A stretch of 64,000 bases of DNA, taken from Nitrospirota bacterium (GTDB lineage: Bacteria; Nitrospirota; UBA9217). How positions within the stretch are numbered: the first letter of the stretch is position 1; every line of letters begins with the position of its first letter. The notes below the pieces were generated by a model that was not told the DNA's origin, ran no database searches, and saw only the letters and a program-made list of their open reading frames with translations. The stretch is from NCBI GenBank assembly GCA_963741205.1, contig CAVUHW010000026.1, forward strand, positions 256,001 to 320,000. Reading direction: 5' to 3'. Positions 11,319 through 21,895 of the stretch are shown here, piece after piece. The position numbers and the translations under genes are program-made.

Positions 11319-11929
11319 ATGGCGGAAGCGAACAACCCCGGTGAAGACAAAGCATGGGAGGTCCTTGCATCGATGAGTCCCGACGCAGTCTGCAGAGCGG
11401 CGGCTGTGGCTTATGATGCCGGGACGAAAACTTACCTGATAAAGTCCTTCGGCATGGATTTCAGCGTTTCTCCGCGAACAAAGACCATATCGAGCACTGC
11501 TGCGGGAAGCCCGGTCCTGCTCCAGAGGCTCGGCTATTTTTCCCGGCTCTCGGTACTCTGGTATCTCGTAAGCGTCAAGGACATTGCCTGCACAGGCAGG
11601 CCCGTCAAGCTTGAAAATATTCCCGGCGGAGATATCTTCACGAAGGGATCGCACGTCCTGCCGCTCGACCAGGTGGCCCGGAAATACGGCAAGGACAAGG
11701 CGGGATTTATCGAAAAAGCAAACCGCCTCGGCGGAGAGATCGTGCGGGGGGAGATGCTTCGATCCGGCTTTTACCGCTGCCGCGGATACCGGTCGTCCTG
11801 ACGCTCTGGCTGGAGGATGAGGAGTTCCCTCCGCGAGCAGACCTTTTTTTTGATTCCACCTGCAGCATGCAGATGCCCACGGACATGCTCTGGTCCGTCG
11901 CGATGATGAGCATCCTGATCATGCTGTGA
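11319..11929 (+). CDS. DUF3786-like domain protein, frameshifted near 11750
   Basis: LSVLWYLV..IPGGDIFTKGSH, continuing LPLPRIPVVLTLWLEDEEFPPRADLFFDS..PTDMLWSVA. Confidence 0.75.
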
Positions 11930-12035
11930 AATCATACTGTTAGCTTGGAGGTTGGGCAAAAGCATCTTTGCACCGCGACTTTTCGCGGCAGTTTGGTACT
12001 CAAGCAGCCATCTCAATAACGGTCTGACCTGCCGA

Positions 12036-12401
12036 CTACCGCGATATTCTCAGCCTGCCGGACTGGAATACACAAAACTTTCCGGATAACTTGTCCTCGT
12101 GGTCACGCAGGATGGTTTTAACCGCTTCAACTTTTTCGCTACCGTTCGCGTCTTCAAGCCTGAGGATTAAAACACCGGAATGTGATTTCCCGGATTTAAA
12201 CACCAAGCTCGCCGAAAATCCTTATCCGATGATCACAACCATGCGCGACTCGGAAACGGCCATTTTCAGAATTATTCCGTCCGCCGCCTTCGGATCGCTA
12301 TCGCGCACAGCCTTCATGTCATAGCCGTTGTCCTTGAGCCATTGCTCAACTTTTTTGCCGACACCGACATCGATGAGAAATTTCAGTTTGTGTCGCGGCA
12401 T
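12036..12401 (-). pseudogene. DUF5615 PIN-like protein (in-frame stop from compensating indels)
   Basis: LKFLIDVGVGKKVEQWLKDNGYD..D..IL..A..ESRMV..[DKDFGEL]VFKSGKSHSGVLILRL. Confidence 0.7.
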
Positions 12402-12472
12402 GGCGTTATCACCTCATCGCCGCATTATTTCGTAATGCTCCAGATGCGTCCTTTGCGCGCTTTACGGAGTCG

Positions 12473-12772
12473 TCACAATTTGAGCAAAACTTTGAAAAAC
12501 CGGTTCATGATAAGGCCGGCCGCGGCTCCCATCAACGCGCCGAACCCCGCAAGGAAAGCCATCACGACTACCAGGACGAGCGTGACGGCGAAATAATTCT
12601 GGCCGCAGCTCTGGCCGAACATTCTGGTCACATCCTTTGCCGCTGCATCGTGCCAGGTCCCCTGGAAGGTATCGGAGAAAAACAGGTCCATGGACAGGGC
12701 GATGCCCAGCGTAACAAGCGCGCCGAGAACCGCGCCGATGAGGACGGCCTTCTTAAGTCCCTTGTCGCTCAT
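12473..12772 (-). CDS. Small 2-TM membrane protein
   Basis: Two hydrophobic helices, typical codon usage and an RBS. Confidence 0.7.
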   Translation of the reverse strand: MSDKGLKKAVLIGAVLGALVTLGIALSMDLFFSDTFQGTWHDAAAKDVTRMFGQSCGQNYFAVTLVLVVVMAFLAGFGALMGAAAGLIMNRFFKVLLKL

Positions 12773-12900
12773 GGATCACCCCATGATCATTTCGGATTGC
12801 AGAATTTGACAGGATTCGGGCGAGTTGTTGCGGCTGCGCATCGCGAGTTGCAGTTCAAAACGCCATAACTCCGCATTCCCCCAACTCCGCATTCCGCAAT

Positions 12901-13555
12901 TTATTTTAAAATCTCCCCCGTCTTGCGCGACCAGAGGAGCAGGTCCAGATGGTCCATGTCGATACCGATCTCTTCAGCAAACCGCTCGAGTTTTTTCTCT
13001 ATGGCGAGATAGCTCGCCCGGCCCGTCGGACGCGCCTTTTTGCCGATCACGCCCAGTTCCCGGAGACTGTTCACGATGTGCTTGTCCAGGATTGCGTAAC
13101 CCGGAAACCCTATATTCCGGAGAAAATGGCTCGCCTCCTTGTACCCCAGCCCCTTGATTGATTTGTTTTGCGCGAAATAGTCGCGACGGGCGTCCCGGCT
13201 TTCAAAGGACGCGAGAAGCTCGCGGAGCTTCATCCCGCAGGCCTTGTTGAGGTATTCACGCGTCTGGACGATGTACGACGGCCGCAGACGCCAGAACCGG
13301 ACACGGTGCGCCTCGGCGCGACTCTGCAGCTCTAATTCGCCGCCCGTGTGAAGGAGATCCTTCAACGCCGCCACCGTGCGCATGCCCATCTTGGCGCTGC
13401 TGCCCGCGGTCAGGATGCAGTAACAGAGCTCCTCGAAGATTGCACGGTCGCCTTTTTCGTAGACCCCCCTGAATTCGGCGAGGCGTTTGACGATGACCGG
13501 CTTTTTTGCGCGATAATCTTTTTTCAGCTCACGCGGTGAATTCTTTTCCAGGCAT
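12901..13555 (-). CDS. ogg: 8-oxoguanine N-glycosylase/DNA lyase (OGG2 type); 5' end affected by an indel
   Basis: FEELCYCILTA, HhH motif IKGLGYKEASHFLRNIG, AILDKHI and C-terminal GEILK. Confidence 0.88.
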
Positions 13556-13901
13556 GGTAACCGCCCTTAAGATTGTAAAGGTTCTTGTAGCCCATCCCCA
13601 TCAACCGCTTGATGGCCCAGATGCTCCGGCTGCCGTTCTGACAGAAGACGACGAGTTCCTTGTCCTTCTTGAGCTTCTTGATCTTTTCGCCGATGTCCGA
13701 AAAGGGGATATGGATCGCGCCCGGGATATGGCCTTGCTCGTACTCCTTATCGGTGCGGACATCGAGGATCATGATCCCTTTCTTCTGGTCGAGTTCCTTC
13801 GGGGAAATCTGCTTAATCCCCAGCCGGCTCAGGTAGCCGAAAAACTTGATGATGAGGTAGAGCGCTGCGATGACGATCAGTACCGTTGATGCGGTATCCA
13901 A
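13524..13901 (-). CDS. Membrane-anchored rhodanese-like protein
   Basis: ILDVRTDKEYEQGHIPGA..VFCQNGSRS..LKGGYHAW with an N-terminal TM. Confidence 0.9.
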   Translation of the reverse strand: MDTASTVLIVIAALYLIIKFFGYLSRLGIKQISPKELDQKKGIMILDVRTDKEYEQGHIPGAIHIPFSDIGEKIKKLKKDKELVVFCQNGSRSIWAIKRLMGMGYKNLYNLKGGYHAWKRIHRVS

Positions 13902-13956
13902 AATGCCTCCTTAAATGATTGACAGTCTCAAAATAATAACGACAGAACAATTAAGA

Positions 13957-14051
13957 TGTCATTCCCCCTGCTTTAATCATGCTGGGGATCTGAGCGGGAA
14001 TCCATTTTTGTCATTAAACAATGGATCCCCGAGAGGCATTCGGGGATGACA
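13957..14051. repeat. REP doublet with nested hairpin
   Basis: tgtcattccccctgctttaatcatgctgggg..gcgggaatcca..tggatccccgagaggcattcggggatgaca. Confidence 0.8.
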
Positions 14052-14079
14052 AACTCGTTTGGATTCGATGTACTCCAAC

Positions 14080-16262
14080 CTATAAACTCCGAACTTCCGT
14101 CGACGCTGTCGGCAGCTCGATGATGAACCGGGCGCCCTGGGGCGCGTTTTGCTCGACGCGTATCGATCCACTGTGGTCCTTGATGATCCTCTGCACGATG
14201 GCCAGACCCAGGCCGCTTTTCTTCTTCTTTCTTGAAAAATCGGGCTCGAACAGTTTCGGCACGTCCTCGTCCGCGATGCCGCACCCCTCGTCGGCTATGT
14301 CGATCTGCGCCCTGCCGGGTCCGGACATTTCCGCCGTCAGCCATATCCTGCCCTTTCCGCTCATTGCCTCGACGGCGTTCTCGAAGAGGTTGATGAAGAC
14401 CCGTTTCATCTGCTCGCGGTCGAGCAGCACGTCGGGCATGCCCGGCGCGATTTCCTTGATGACGGTGATATCCTTATGCGCCCCGCTGTAAAGCTGCGCC
14501 ACGCCTTCCAGAACCGGCGCAGCGGCTGTGGTGTCGGATTCGAGCTGGGCATCCGGGCGAAATTCGCGAATTCATCGACCAGCTTCCGCAGGCCGTCCGC
14601 CTCCTGTACGATCGTCCGGCTGCACTCCTCGAACACCGCATCGAAATCGGGGGCGCCCTCGGCGTGTTTTTTCCGAAGGCGTTCGGCCGAAAGCTTGATC
14701 GGCGTCAGGGGATTCTTGAACTCGTGGGCTATCCGGCGGGCGACGTCCTGCCAGGTCTCGGCCTTTTTCGCGCGCAGCAGCTCCGTCATGTCGTCGAAGG
14801 TGATGACGGACCCGATGGGGGTGCCGCCGCCGTCCCTGAGCGCGGTGATGCGCATCCGGAGCGTCAGCATGCGTCCGCGGACATTGAGCGACAATTCCTC
14901 CTCGGCCCGGCCTTTGCCCTCTTCAAGCTTGCGGAAGAGGCTGCGGATCGGGTCCAGCTCGATGAACCCGAAGGCCGCGTCATACCTCTTGCCGAGCACG
15001 TCCTTTTCCTGGATGTCGAGGATCTCCGACGCCGACTGGTTGACGGTCGTGATCCTGCGCCGACCGGTCGATGGACACGACGCCCGTATCGATGTTCGAC
15101 AGGATCGTCTTCTTGTAGTTGATTTCCTGTTCGAGCTGCTCACGGGAGTTCTTGAGCTCCCGCGTCATCACGTTGAAGGAATCGACGAGGACGCCGACCT
15201 CGTCGCCGGACTTCTCGTCGATCTGGTAATCGAATTTTCCCGCGGCCACGGCCGCGGTTCCCTCCGCCAGCTTCCTGATCGGCACGGTGATGCCGGCGGC
15301 GACCCGGAGCGCCACCCAAATGGCTGACAAGAGGAGCGCCAGAGTCACGGCAAGAAATCCGAGCCGGTAGGCAAGCTTGATCGGCTCCTTCTGCTTGAAC
15401 GCTGAACGGTATTGCGAATAGCCTGCGCGGATTTCGTCGGCCTTCGCGGCCAGGTTCGGGGGGATATAATAACTCACGGCGATTGCCGCCGCCACCTTTT
15501 TCCCCTCCTGGGTTTCAGGGAGCGGGACAACCACCCGCATGACATCCGCCTTTTTCGCTGTACCCGACAGATCAGCCGAGTCCAGCGACGGCAAAAGCCC
15601 GCGCAACCAGAGTCCGTCGACGTCTGGGTAAAGGTCTCCGGTGGATACTGATTGGTGACGATGACCACCGTGCGCTTGCGCGGGGAGGTAAAGAGCTCGA
15701 TCGAACCCAGGCCGTACTCCTCCGCTTTTTTGGCCAGATACTCCTTGATCACCTCATTCTCGAACCGGGACAAAAGCCGCCCCTCGACCATCTGTTTGCT
15801 GATCTGCCTGCCGAAGATCAGGGCGTCCTTCTGGAGCCGGTCGTAATATTCCTGGGTGAGCGAAACGGAGTCCTTTAATGAATTTTCGATACGCAGACTG
15901 AACAGCCGCTCGATACTGCTGGTAAACATGCCGCTCCCGATGATGAAAAGGAGGATGGGGGGGATGAACGAAAGGCTGACAAAGGCAAAAACAAGTTTCG
16001 TCCTGAACCGGGCGCCGAGCACGCCGTGTTTTCGCTCAACCGAGAGTTTCCACAGGCTCTTGGCGATCATGAAGACGACGGCCGCAAGGAGCAGGAAGTT
16101 CGCGTTGATGAGAAGGATAATAAGGAGGTTGTCCGAAAGCGGACCTCCGAAACCCCGGTACTTGAGCTGGAGTATGATCGCGACAGCCGTCAGGACCAAA
16201 AAACCGAAGAGGTATATTACGCCTCTCCATCCTGCTTGGCCTTCCTTAGCGTTGGTCACCAT
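14080..16262 (-). CDS. NtrY-like sensor histidine kinase (TM-HAMP-PAS-HisKA-HATPase), frameshifted
   Basis: LGARFRTKLVFAF, HAMP DEVGVLVDSFNVM, WQDVARRIAHEFKNPLTPIKLSAERL and SGLGLAIV. Confidence 0.9.
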
Positions 16263-16418
16263 GATATTCGCAGAATACCAAAAACCCCCTGCAAAAGCAA
16301 TACCTGGTTTAGGCTCATCCTGATTTATTCTCTTGACAAACAAGAGGTTTCTCGTATATCTTAGGAAAAAATGGCCCTCGCTGCTCCTCAAAGAGGAAGA
16401 ATAAATCAGGAGGCAGGA

Positions 16419-17673
16419 ATGACCACAAAGCCGAACGCCGTTATCCAGGCAGCATGCATTTCTCTGCTCCTCACGCTCCTTCCGGGGACCGCTGTTCCCC
16501 AGGAGCCGAAGGAGGCTGCAGGGGGATCGGCGCAGCTGAAGTCGGAAGCATCCATGACCCCTTCCGCAGGGGTTGGTGAGCCGCAGGCGACAGCAGCGAA
16601 GCAGGAAGGGGCGCCTACCCCCGCTGCGGAACCCCTTGCTCCCGAAGCCGAGAAAGCATCCGAGTACACCATCAAGCCGGGCGATACGCTCTGGGATATT
16701 GCGAACACCTTGTTCAAGGACCCGTTCCTGTGGCCCTTCATCTGGAAGGCAAACCCATCCATAACCAACCCCGACCTGATCTACGCCGGAAATAAACTGA
16801 CCGTACCAAGCCTCGCGCCTATCGAGCGGGCCATGCAGGCCCCTGCCGGACCCTCCCCGGTCGCGGAGGCAGTCCCAGCTCCGGCACCCGAGCCGAAACC
16901 GCAGGAGGGAATCTCCGCAGCCCGGCCGCTCCAACCCAAGCCGCCCGTCCCTACTCAAGAAGAGGCGCTGACCGGGGGCGAAAAGATCATAGTGCCCGAA
17001 GAAGAGGCGCAGCCGGTCACCGACAAATACTCCTTCCTCAGTGCGGGCTTCGTGAATGACGCGGAGAGCACCGGCACGATCGTTGGCCCGAAAGAGCACG
17101 TGAAAGACGATCATGGGATATGATGACGTCGTCTATGCCAGGTTCAATTCCAACGACAACGTGAATATCGGCGATAAATTTCTCATCTATGCGCCTCTTC
17201 AGTCAGTGAAGCACCCCCAGACCGGCAAGCCTTACGGACGGCTTATCCGCGGCCTGGGCATTCTCCAGATCACGGCCAAGGACCCCGCGGCCGACGTGGT
17301 CACGGCGCGAATCACGCTTTCCTTCGATGCCATTGAAGGGGGAAGCCTGCTGACGCCTTACCAGGAGCCGGTGCTCGTTTATCAGTCCCCGGAAAAGAAG
17401 GCTAAGGACATCTCGGGGTATATCCTGGAGGTGACCGACCACCGCACCATCAACGGCCAAATGGACATCGTGTACCTGGACAAGGGGAGTGCTGACGGCG
17501 TTGATCCCGGGGATAAATTCGTCGTCTACGCGGAACCCGTACAAAAGGGTTACCCGAGGGAAATGGTCGGCGAGGTACAGGTGTTTCTGGTGAAGGAACG
17601 CACTTCAACGGCCGTGGTGAGAAAAAGTTTGTATGCCCTGTCGAAGGGACAGCCGGTGGATTTCAAGAAATAG
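16419..17673 (+). CDS. Secreted LysM peptidoglycan-binding protein, frameshifted near 17110
   Basis: Signal peptide, YTIKPGDTLWDIA..WPFIWKANPSITNPDLIYAG, and a C-terminal beta domain with VYLDKGSADGV. Confidence 0.85.
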
Positions 17674-17788
17674 AAGAAAGATGACTGTTGCGGGTCTGCA
17701 GCGCTGGTATCGAGGTGCTGGGTACAAATCCTGCACGCACATAACTCGCAACTCGCAGTCCACGTCAACTCGCAATCGCATTTCACCG

Positions 17789-18322
17789 CTACTTCATAAA
17801 CAGAAAGAACCCGTTAAAGAAGTACACGAGGCCAGCGCAGCCGGCGGCCATGCCGAGGAACCAGAAGTACTTCTGCTTCATCAGGGCCGCGATGGATGAA
17901 AGCAGGATCGCGATCTGGAGGAACATGGCGGCCATGCCGAACGCTCCGGAATGTTTCTGAGCATCATCGCGCCTTGCTTCGAGCTCTTCGGCCTTTTTCT
18001 TGATGTCCTCCTTTTCCTTTTCGTATCGTTCGATCTTCTCCTTGTATGCCGCGATCCGCTTCTCGTAATCCGCGACCAGCGCCTGGGACGGCCTCATCGC
18101 CTTCAGGTCCATCTCGAACTTCTCTTTCTGAAGATCATAGACATACCCCTTGATGCTCTTCGACTGGAAAAAGGCCCACTGGTCCGAGGCCTGCGACTGG
18201 GACATCACCGCCTTGGATCCATATCCTCCGCCCTTCAGCGTTGAGAGTGTTGCGCACACGGCGAAGACCACCGTCGTCAGCGCCAGATAGTTGAGCCATG
18301 GTTCTTTTTTTTCGTCCGCCAT
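17789..18322 (-). CDS. DUF4337-family membrane protein
   Basis: ALTTVVFAVCATL..ASDQWAFFQSKSIK..LQIAILLSSIAAL. Confidence 0.8.
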   Translation of the reverse strand: MADEKKEPWLNYLALTTVVFAVCATLSTLKGGGYGSKAVMSQSQASDQWAFFQSKSIKGYVYDLQKEKFEMDLKAMRPSQALVADYEKRIAAYKEKIERYEKEKEDIKKKAEELEARRDDAQKHSGAFGMAAMFLQIAILLSSIAALMKQKYFWFLGMAAGCAGLVYFFNGFFLFMK

Positions 18323-18576
18323 TATAGTCCTCCGCAAATATCAATGATGTTATGCGGCCACATACTACCCAAATCGGCTTCGTTAGTCAAGACCGTCCTC
18401 AAGCCCGGGTGTGGCAGGCGAGCGAAGTATATGCTACTATATTTAGAAGATATATCTTCAGATCCGTCATTCCCGAGATGTAAATCAACTATCCTTCTCC
18501 GAACGAATCTATCGGAGATAGAATTATTCGGCCGGAATGCACAAACACGGTTTTTCGTATGATGGGGGAACGACGC

Positions 18577-19665
18577 ATGATCATCGGAGTGCCCAGGGAA
18601 ATCAAGACGGAAGAGTTTCGTGTAGGACTGACCCCTGTCGGAGCAAGGGAACTCGTTGAAAGCGGCCATGCGGTTGTGGTGGAGACGGGCGCGGGTGAGG
18701 GCAGCGGTTTTACCGACGACGAATACAGGAGGGCCGGCGCTGAAGTCGCGGCCCGGGAACCGGTCTTCAGCCGGGCGGATCTGATCGTCAAGGTGAAGGA
18801 GCCCATTCCACCGGAGTACCGTCTCCTGCGCGAAGGCGCGGCGATCTTCACCTATCTCCATCTGGCGCCCAACCCGGAGCTGACGAAGCTCTTGCTCACA
18901 AAGAAGGTCACCGGCCTTGCCTATGAGACCCTTGAACAGGGCGGGAAACTTCCGCTGCTTGCCCCCATGAGTGAGATAGCCGGCAGGATGGCTCCGCTGA
19001 TGGCCGCCTTCTATCTCCAGAAGTTCAAGGGGGGCTCGGGCGTCCTTCCCACCGGCGTCTCCGGGGTCCGCCCGGGAAAGATCGTGATACTCGGCGCAGG
19101 GGTCGTCGGCGCTAACGCGGCCCGCGTCGGCATCGGCCTCGGAATGGAAACCGTCGTGATCAACAAAGACACGGCCGGACTCACGCGGATCGACGAGCTT
19201 TTCAAAGGCCGGGCCCGGACCCTGCCCATGTCGGTCCACGCCCTGGAGGAAGAGATCATCGACGCGGACATCGTAATAGGCGCCGTGCTGGTCCCCGGCG
19301 GCAGGACGCCGGTGCTGATAACGCGGCGGATGCTCGCGACCATGAAAAAGGGTTCCGTTATCGTGGATGTGTCCGTGGACCAGGGCGGATGCATCGCAAC
19401 CTCACACCCTACCACGCATGACGACCCTGTATTCGTGGTGGACGGTATCGTTCACTACTGCGTGGCCAACATGCCGGGTGCATATCCAAGGACATCTACC
19501 CTCGCGCTCACAAACGCGACGCTGCCCTTCATCAGAATCATTGCGGAAATCGGCATTGAAAAGGCCGTGCAAGAGGACCCGGTTATCATGAGCGCGTTAA
19601 ATACCTATCACGGAAAGATTGTAAACAAGGCGCTGGCGGAGTCGCTGGAGTCTTCGGCGCCTTGA
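18577..19665 (+). CDS. ald: Alanine dehydrogenase
   Basis: MIIGVPREIKTEEFRV, IFTYLHLA, PMSEIAGR, DQGGC and HYCVANMPGA. Confidence 0.97.
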   Translation: MIIGVPREIKTEEFRVGLTPVGARELVESGHAVVVETGAGEGSGFTDDEYRRAGAEVAAREPVFSRADLIVKVKEPIPPEYRLLREGAAIFTYLHLAPNPELTKLLLTKKVTGLAYETLEQGGKLPLLAPMSEIAGRMAPLMAAFYLQKFKGGSGVLPTGVSGVRPGKIVILGAGVVGANAARVGIGLGMETVVINKDTAGLTRIDELFKGRARTLPMSVHALEEEIIDADIVIGAVLVPGGRTPVLITRRMLATMKKGSVIVDVSVDQGGCIATSHPTTHDDPVFVVDGIVHYCVANMPGAYPRTSTLALTNATLPFIRIIAEIGIEKAVQEDPVIMSALNTYHGKIVNKALAESLESSAP

Positions 19666-19790
19666 TGACCGCTCGGCTGAATCATTGGAGAGAAGGCAGG
19701 CAAGACGCAGGAGAGTATTAATAAATTGAGAGCACTTAACTGTATGAGAAATCAAACAGCAAGACCCTTCCGGAACCAGTGGGGGCAATC

Positions 19791-20124
19791 ATGATTAATC
19801 GCTCTGCTTTAATTATTCGGGCAAAGCCGCCATTTCTAGCGTGGATCAAGTCACTGCCCGATCCCGCTGATGCTAACTCTGGAGGAGGTTAACCAGGATA
19901 ACACGGTCTATCTTTTATCGGACTCCTCATATTACGATGATCAGGACGATATCTTAGGACAATTCTATAACCTGATTTTTGAAGATCAGCTAAGCGGATG
20001 GTGGACGGACGTGGCCGATTGGCCGCCAAATCGAGATCTTGCTGTATTTAAGGAATGGTTCGGTGTGGAATTTCACTCATCAGTGCTCGATCTCGTCGAT
20101 GCCCCCCTGGAAGATGATGAGTAA
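19791..20124 (+). CDS. Conserved hypothetical acidic protein, frameshifted
   Basis: MINRSALIIRAKPPFLAWIKSLPD joined to NTVYLL..IFEDQLSGWWTDVADWPPNRDLAVFKEWF. Confidence 0.65.
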
Positions 20125-20400
20125 TCGTAACAAACATTTTAATCAAAATGTAGTCTTTGATACCTTCCTCAAGCTGGTTGAAGTTTCCGTCCTTTGAAAC
20201 TCCTGGAGTTACGACCTCTGTTCGTTATCATATCTATCCATAAGACCCAATCACAAACTCAGTGATAGAAAAAGTATTTAGGCAATAATCAACCTTGCCA
20301 GCCGAAGCGTTTTGCATCTCCATGAAAATAAACCTTCGCTTCTCACTTCTGCAAAAATTTGTCATTATCTGTTTCCAGCAAATTCAGCACTGTTACCTTT

Positions 20401-20416
20401 TGGCACGCGTCCTGCA
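20401..20416 (+). promoter_or_regulatory. Sigma54 promoter
   Basis: TGGCACGCGTCCTGCA has GG/GC at canonical spacing, about 40 nt before the ATG. Confidence 0.75.
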
Positions 20417-20456
20417 ATAACCCAGGCAAGACTGAACGAAAAAGGGGGACACGAAA

Positions 20457-20771
20457 ATGAAGACCACAATGACAAAACAGGGTGCTTACATCGGCGCGGG
20501 AGCGGGACTGGTAGTATTCGCGCTGTTCGGACTTTTACCCGGCAGCCTCCTTGGAGGCGCGGCAGGCATCAGCTTCGCGGGGATGTTCTTAGGGCTTCCG
20601 CTTCACCCGGGGCTGATATCCAGGGCGATCGTGCTTGCCGGCATGCTCGTGGGCGTCCTCGTTTCCGGCATCGCGATCGTAACGGCGTCATCCACCATCG
20701 GCTGGCTTGCAGGCGCCGTGGTTGGGTCAACTGTACAGGAAAAAAATATGGCTTCGGCCGAAAGGAGATAA
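20457..20771 (+). CDS. Gly-rich small membrane protein (paralog 1)
   Basis: GAYIGAGAGLVVFALFGLLPGSLLGG; strong RBS. Confidence 0.8.
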   Translation: MKTTMTKQGAYIGAGAGLVVFALFGLLPGSLLGGAAGISFAGMFLGLPLHPGLISRAIVLAGMLVGVLVSGIAIVTASSTIGWLAGAVVGSTVQEKNMASAERR

Positions 20772-20773
20772 TC

Positions 20774-21088
20774 ATGAAGAACGAAACAGTCAAGACGGGA
20801 ATGAAGATAGGAGCAACAGTGGGAGGGCTGGTATTTCTGGTGTTCGGCATCATGCCGGGGTTCTACTTCGGGTCTTTCGGGACGTTGATCCTGCTTCAGA
20901 AACTGATGGGCGGCACCGTTGAGCCGACACTCATCGCACGGGCACTGATCGTCATGGGCATCATGGTCGGGATCACCTGCGCGGCTGCGGTATGCCTCGT
21001 GGTCGGCGGCCTCCTCGGTACGGCTATGGGCTTTATCGTGTCAGTGCCTTCGGCAATACGGGCGAAACAGGCGGCGGAAAAAGCTTAA
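20774..21088 (+). CDS. Gly-rich small membrane protein (paralog 2)
   Basis: GMKIGATVGGLVFLVFGIMPGFYFGS aligns by eye with paralog 1; aaggag RBS. Confidence 0.8.
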   Translation: MKNETVKTGMKIGATVGGLVFLVFGIMPGFYFGSFGTLILLQKLMGGTVEPTLIARALIVMGIMVGITCAAAVCLVVGGLLGTAMGFIVSVPSAIRAKQAAEKA

Positions 21089-21178
21089 CACATCCGGAGG
21101 CGCGTGTGACGCGCCGGTCCAACGTAATCTTGGTAGAGATTTGGATTACGCTTCGGAATAATCGTTGGAGGGTCGGCA

Positions 21179-21616
21179 ATGCCAATCGATATTAGAGTTC
21201 TGCATGACGGCGTGGGTATACGGTATGTCTGCCATGGAACAGTGAGAGGTAAAGACTTCATAGATGCCAACAGACGACTTCTCCATTTTAAAAAGCTTTT
21301 AATACGGGCGAGATATGGGATCGTAGATGAGACGGCAAGTGTCGACATTCAAATGTCCGAGTCAGAAATGCTGACGATAGTTGCGCAGAATAAAAAGATA
21401 GCCGGTCTCGTTTCACCTGGGGCCGTTGTCGCTGTAATAGCCAAGGGTGATTACGCTTTTGATCTTGCTCATATCTGGGAATCATTCATTGAGCATACAG
21501 GTTGGGAAACCATGACATTTAGAACCAAGTGGCAGGCAGAAAGTTGGATCAAAGAAAAGGTAAAAGCTGATTGTGGAATCGATTTAAACTTTCAATTATC
21601 AGAACAAAAGATGTAG
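21179..21616 (+). CDS. Hypothetical protein (possibly SpoIIAA/STAS-like fold)
   Basis: Clean ORF with ggagg RBS; VAVIA..F....QAESWI pattern. Confidence 0.6.
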   Translation: MPIDIRVLHDGVGIRYVCHGTVRGKDFIDANRRLLHFKKLLIRARYGIVDETASVDIQMSESEMLTIVAQNKKIAGLVSPGAVVAVIAKGDYAFDLAHIWESFIEHTGWETMTFRTKWQAESWIKEKVKADCGIDLNFQLSEQKM

Positions 21617-21895
21617 ATGGGCGGTCAAAGAACACCATCTTTCCGTTACCGTTAAGGCTTCCGTTCTTTGAAACACATAAACTTTCAACCCGCATACGAT
21701 AACGCCCAGCCGCAAAATGACCAATCGGTTATTGACAATCCATGGCATCAAGCATATATTCGTCCAAGATACCGTGAGTATTTTCGAATGTTCACTGCTA
21801 AACTCGGGAACAGTTCAAGTCCGATGATATTGTATACATAGACCATTCCTAATAAATATAAGGTTCAATAATAACATAATGTTCGACGAGGTGTA

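Noticed and set aside
11930-12035. attC-like site (GCCCAAC/GCTAAC on the minus strand) beside the PIN gene
   Set aside because: No matching GTTRRRY partner or long palindrome, and no integrase.
15474-17114. 546-aa ORF as a single protein
   Set aside because: Its N-terminal half is antisense to the LysM gene. The kinase begins at about 16262.
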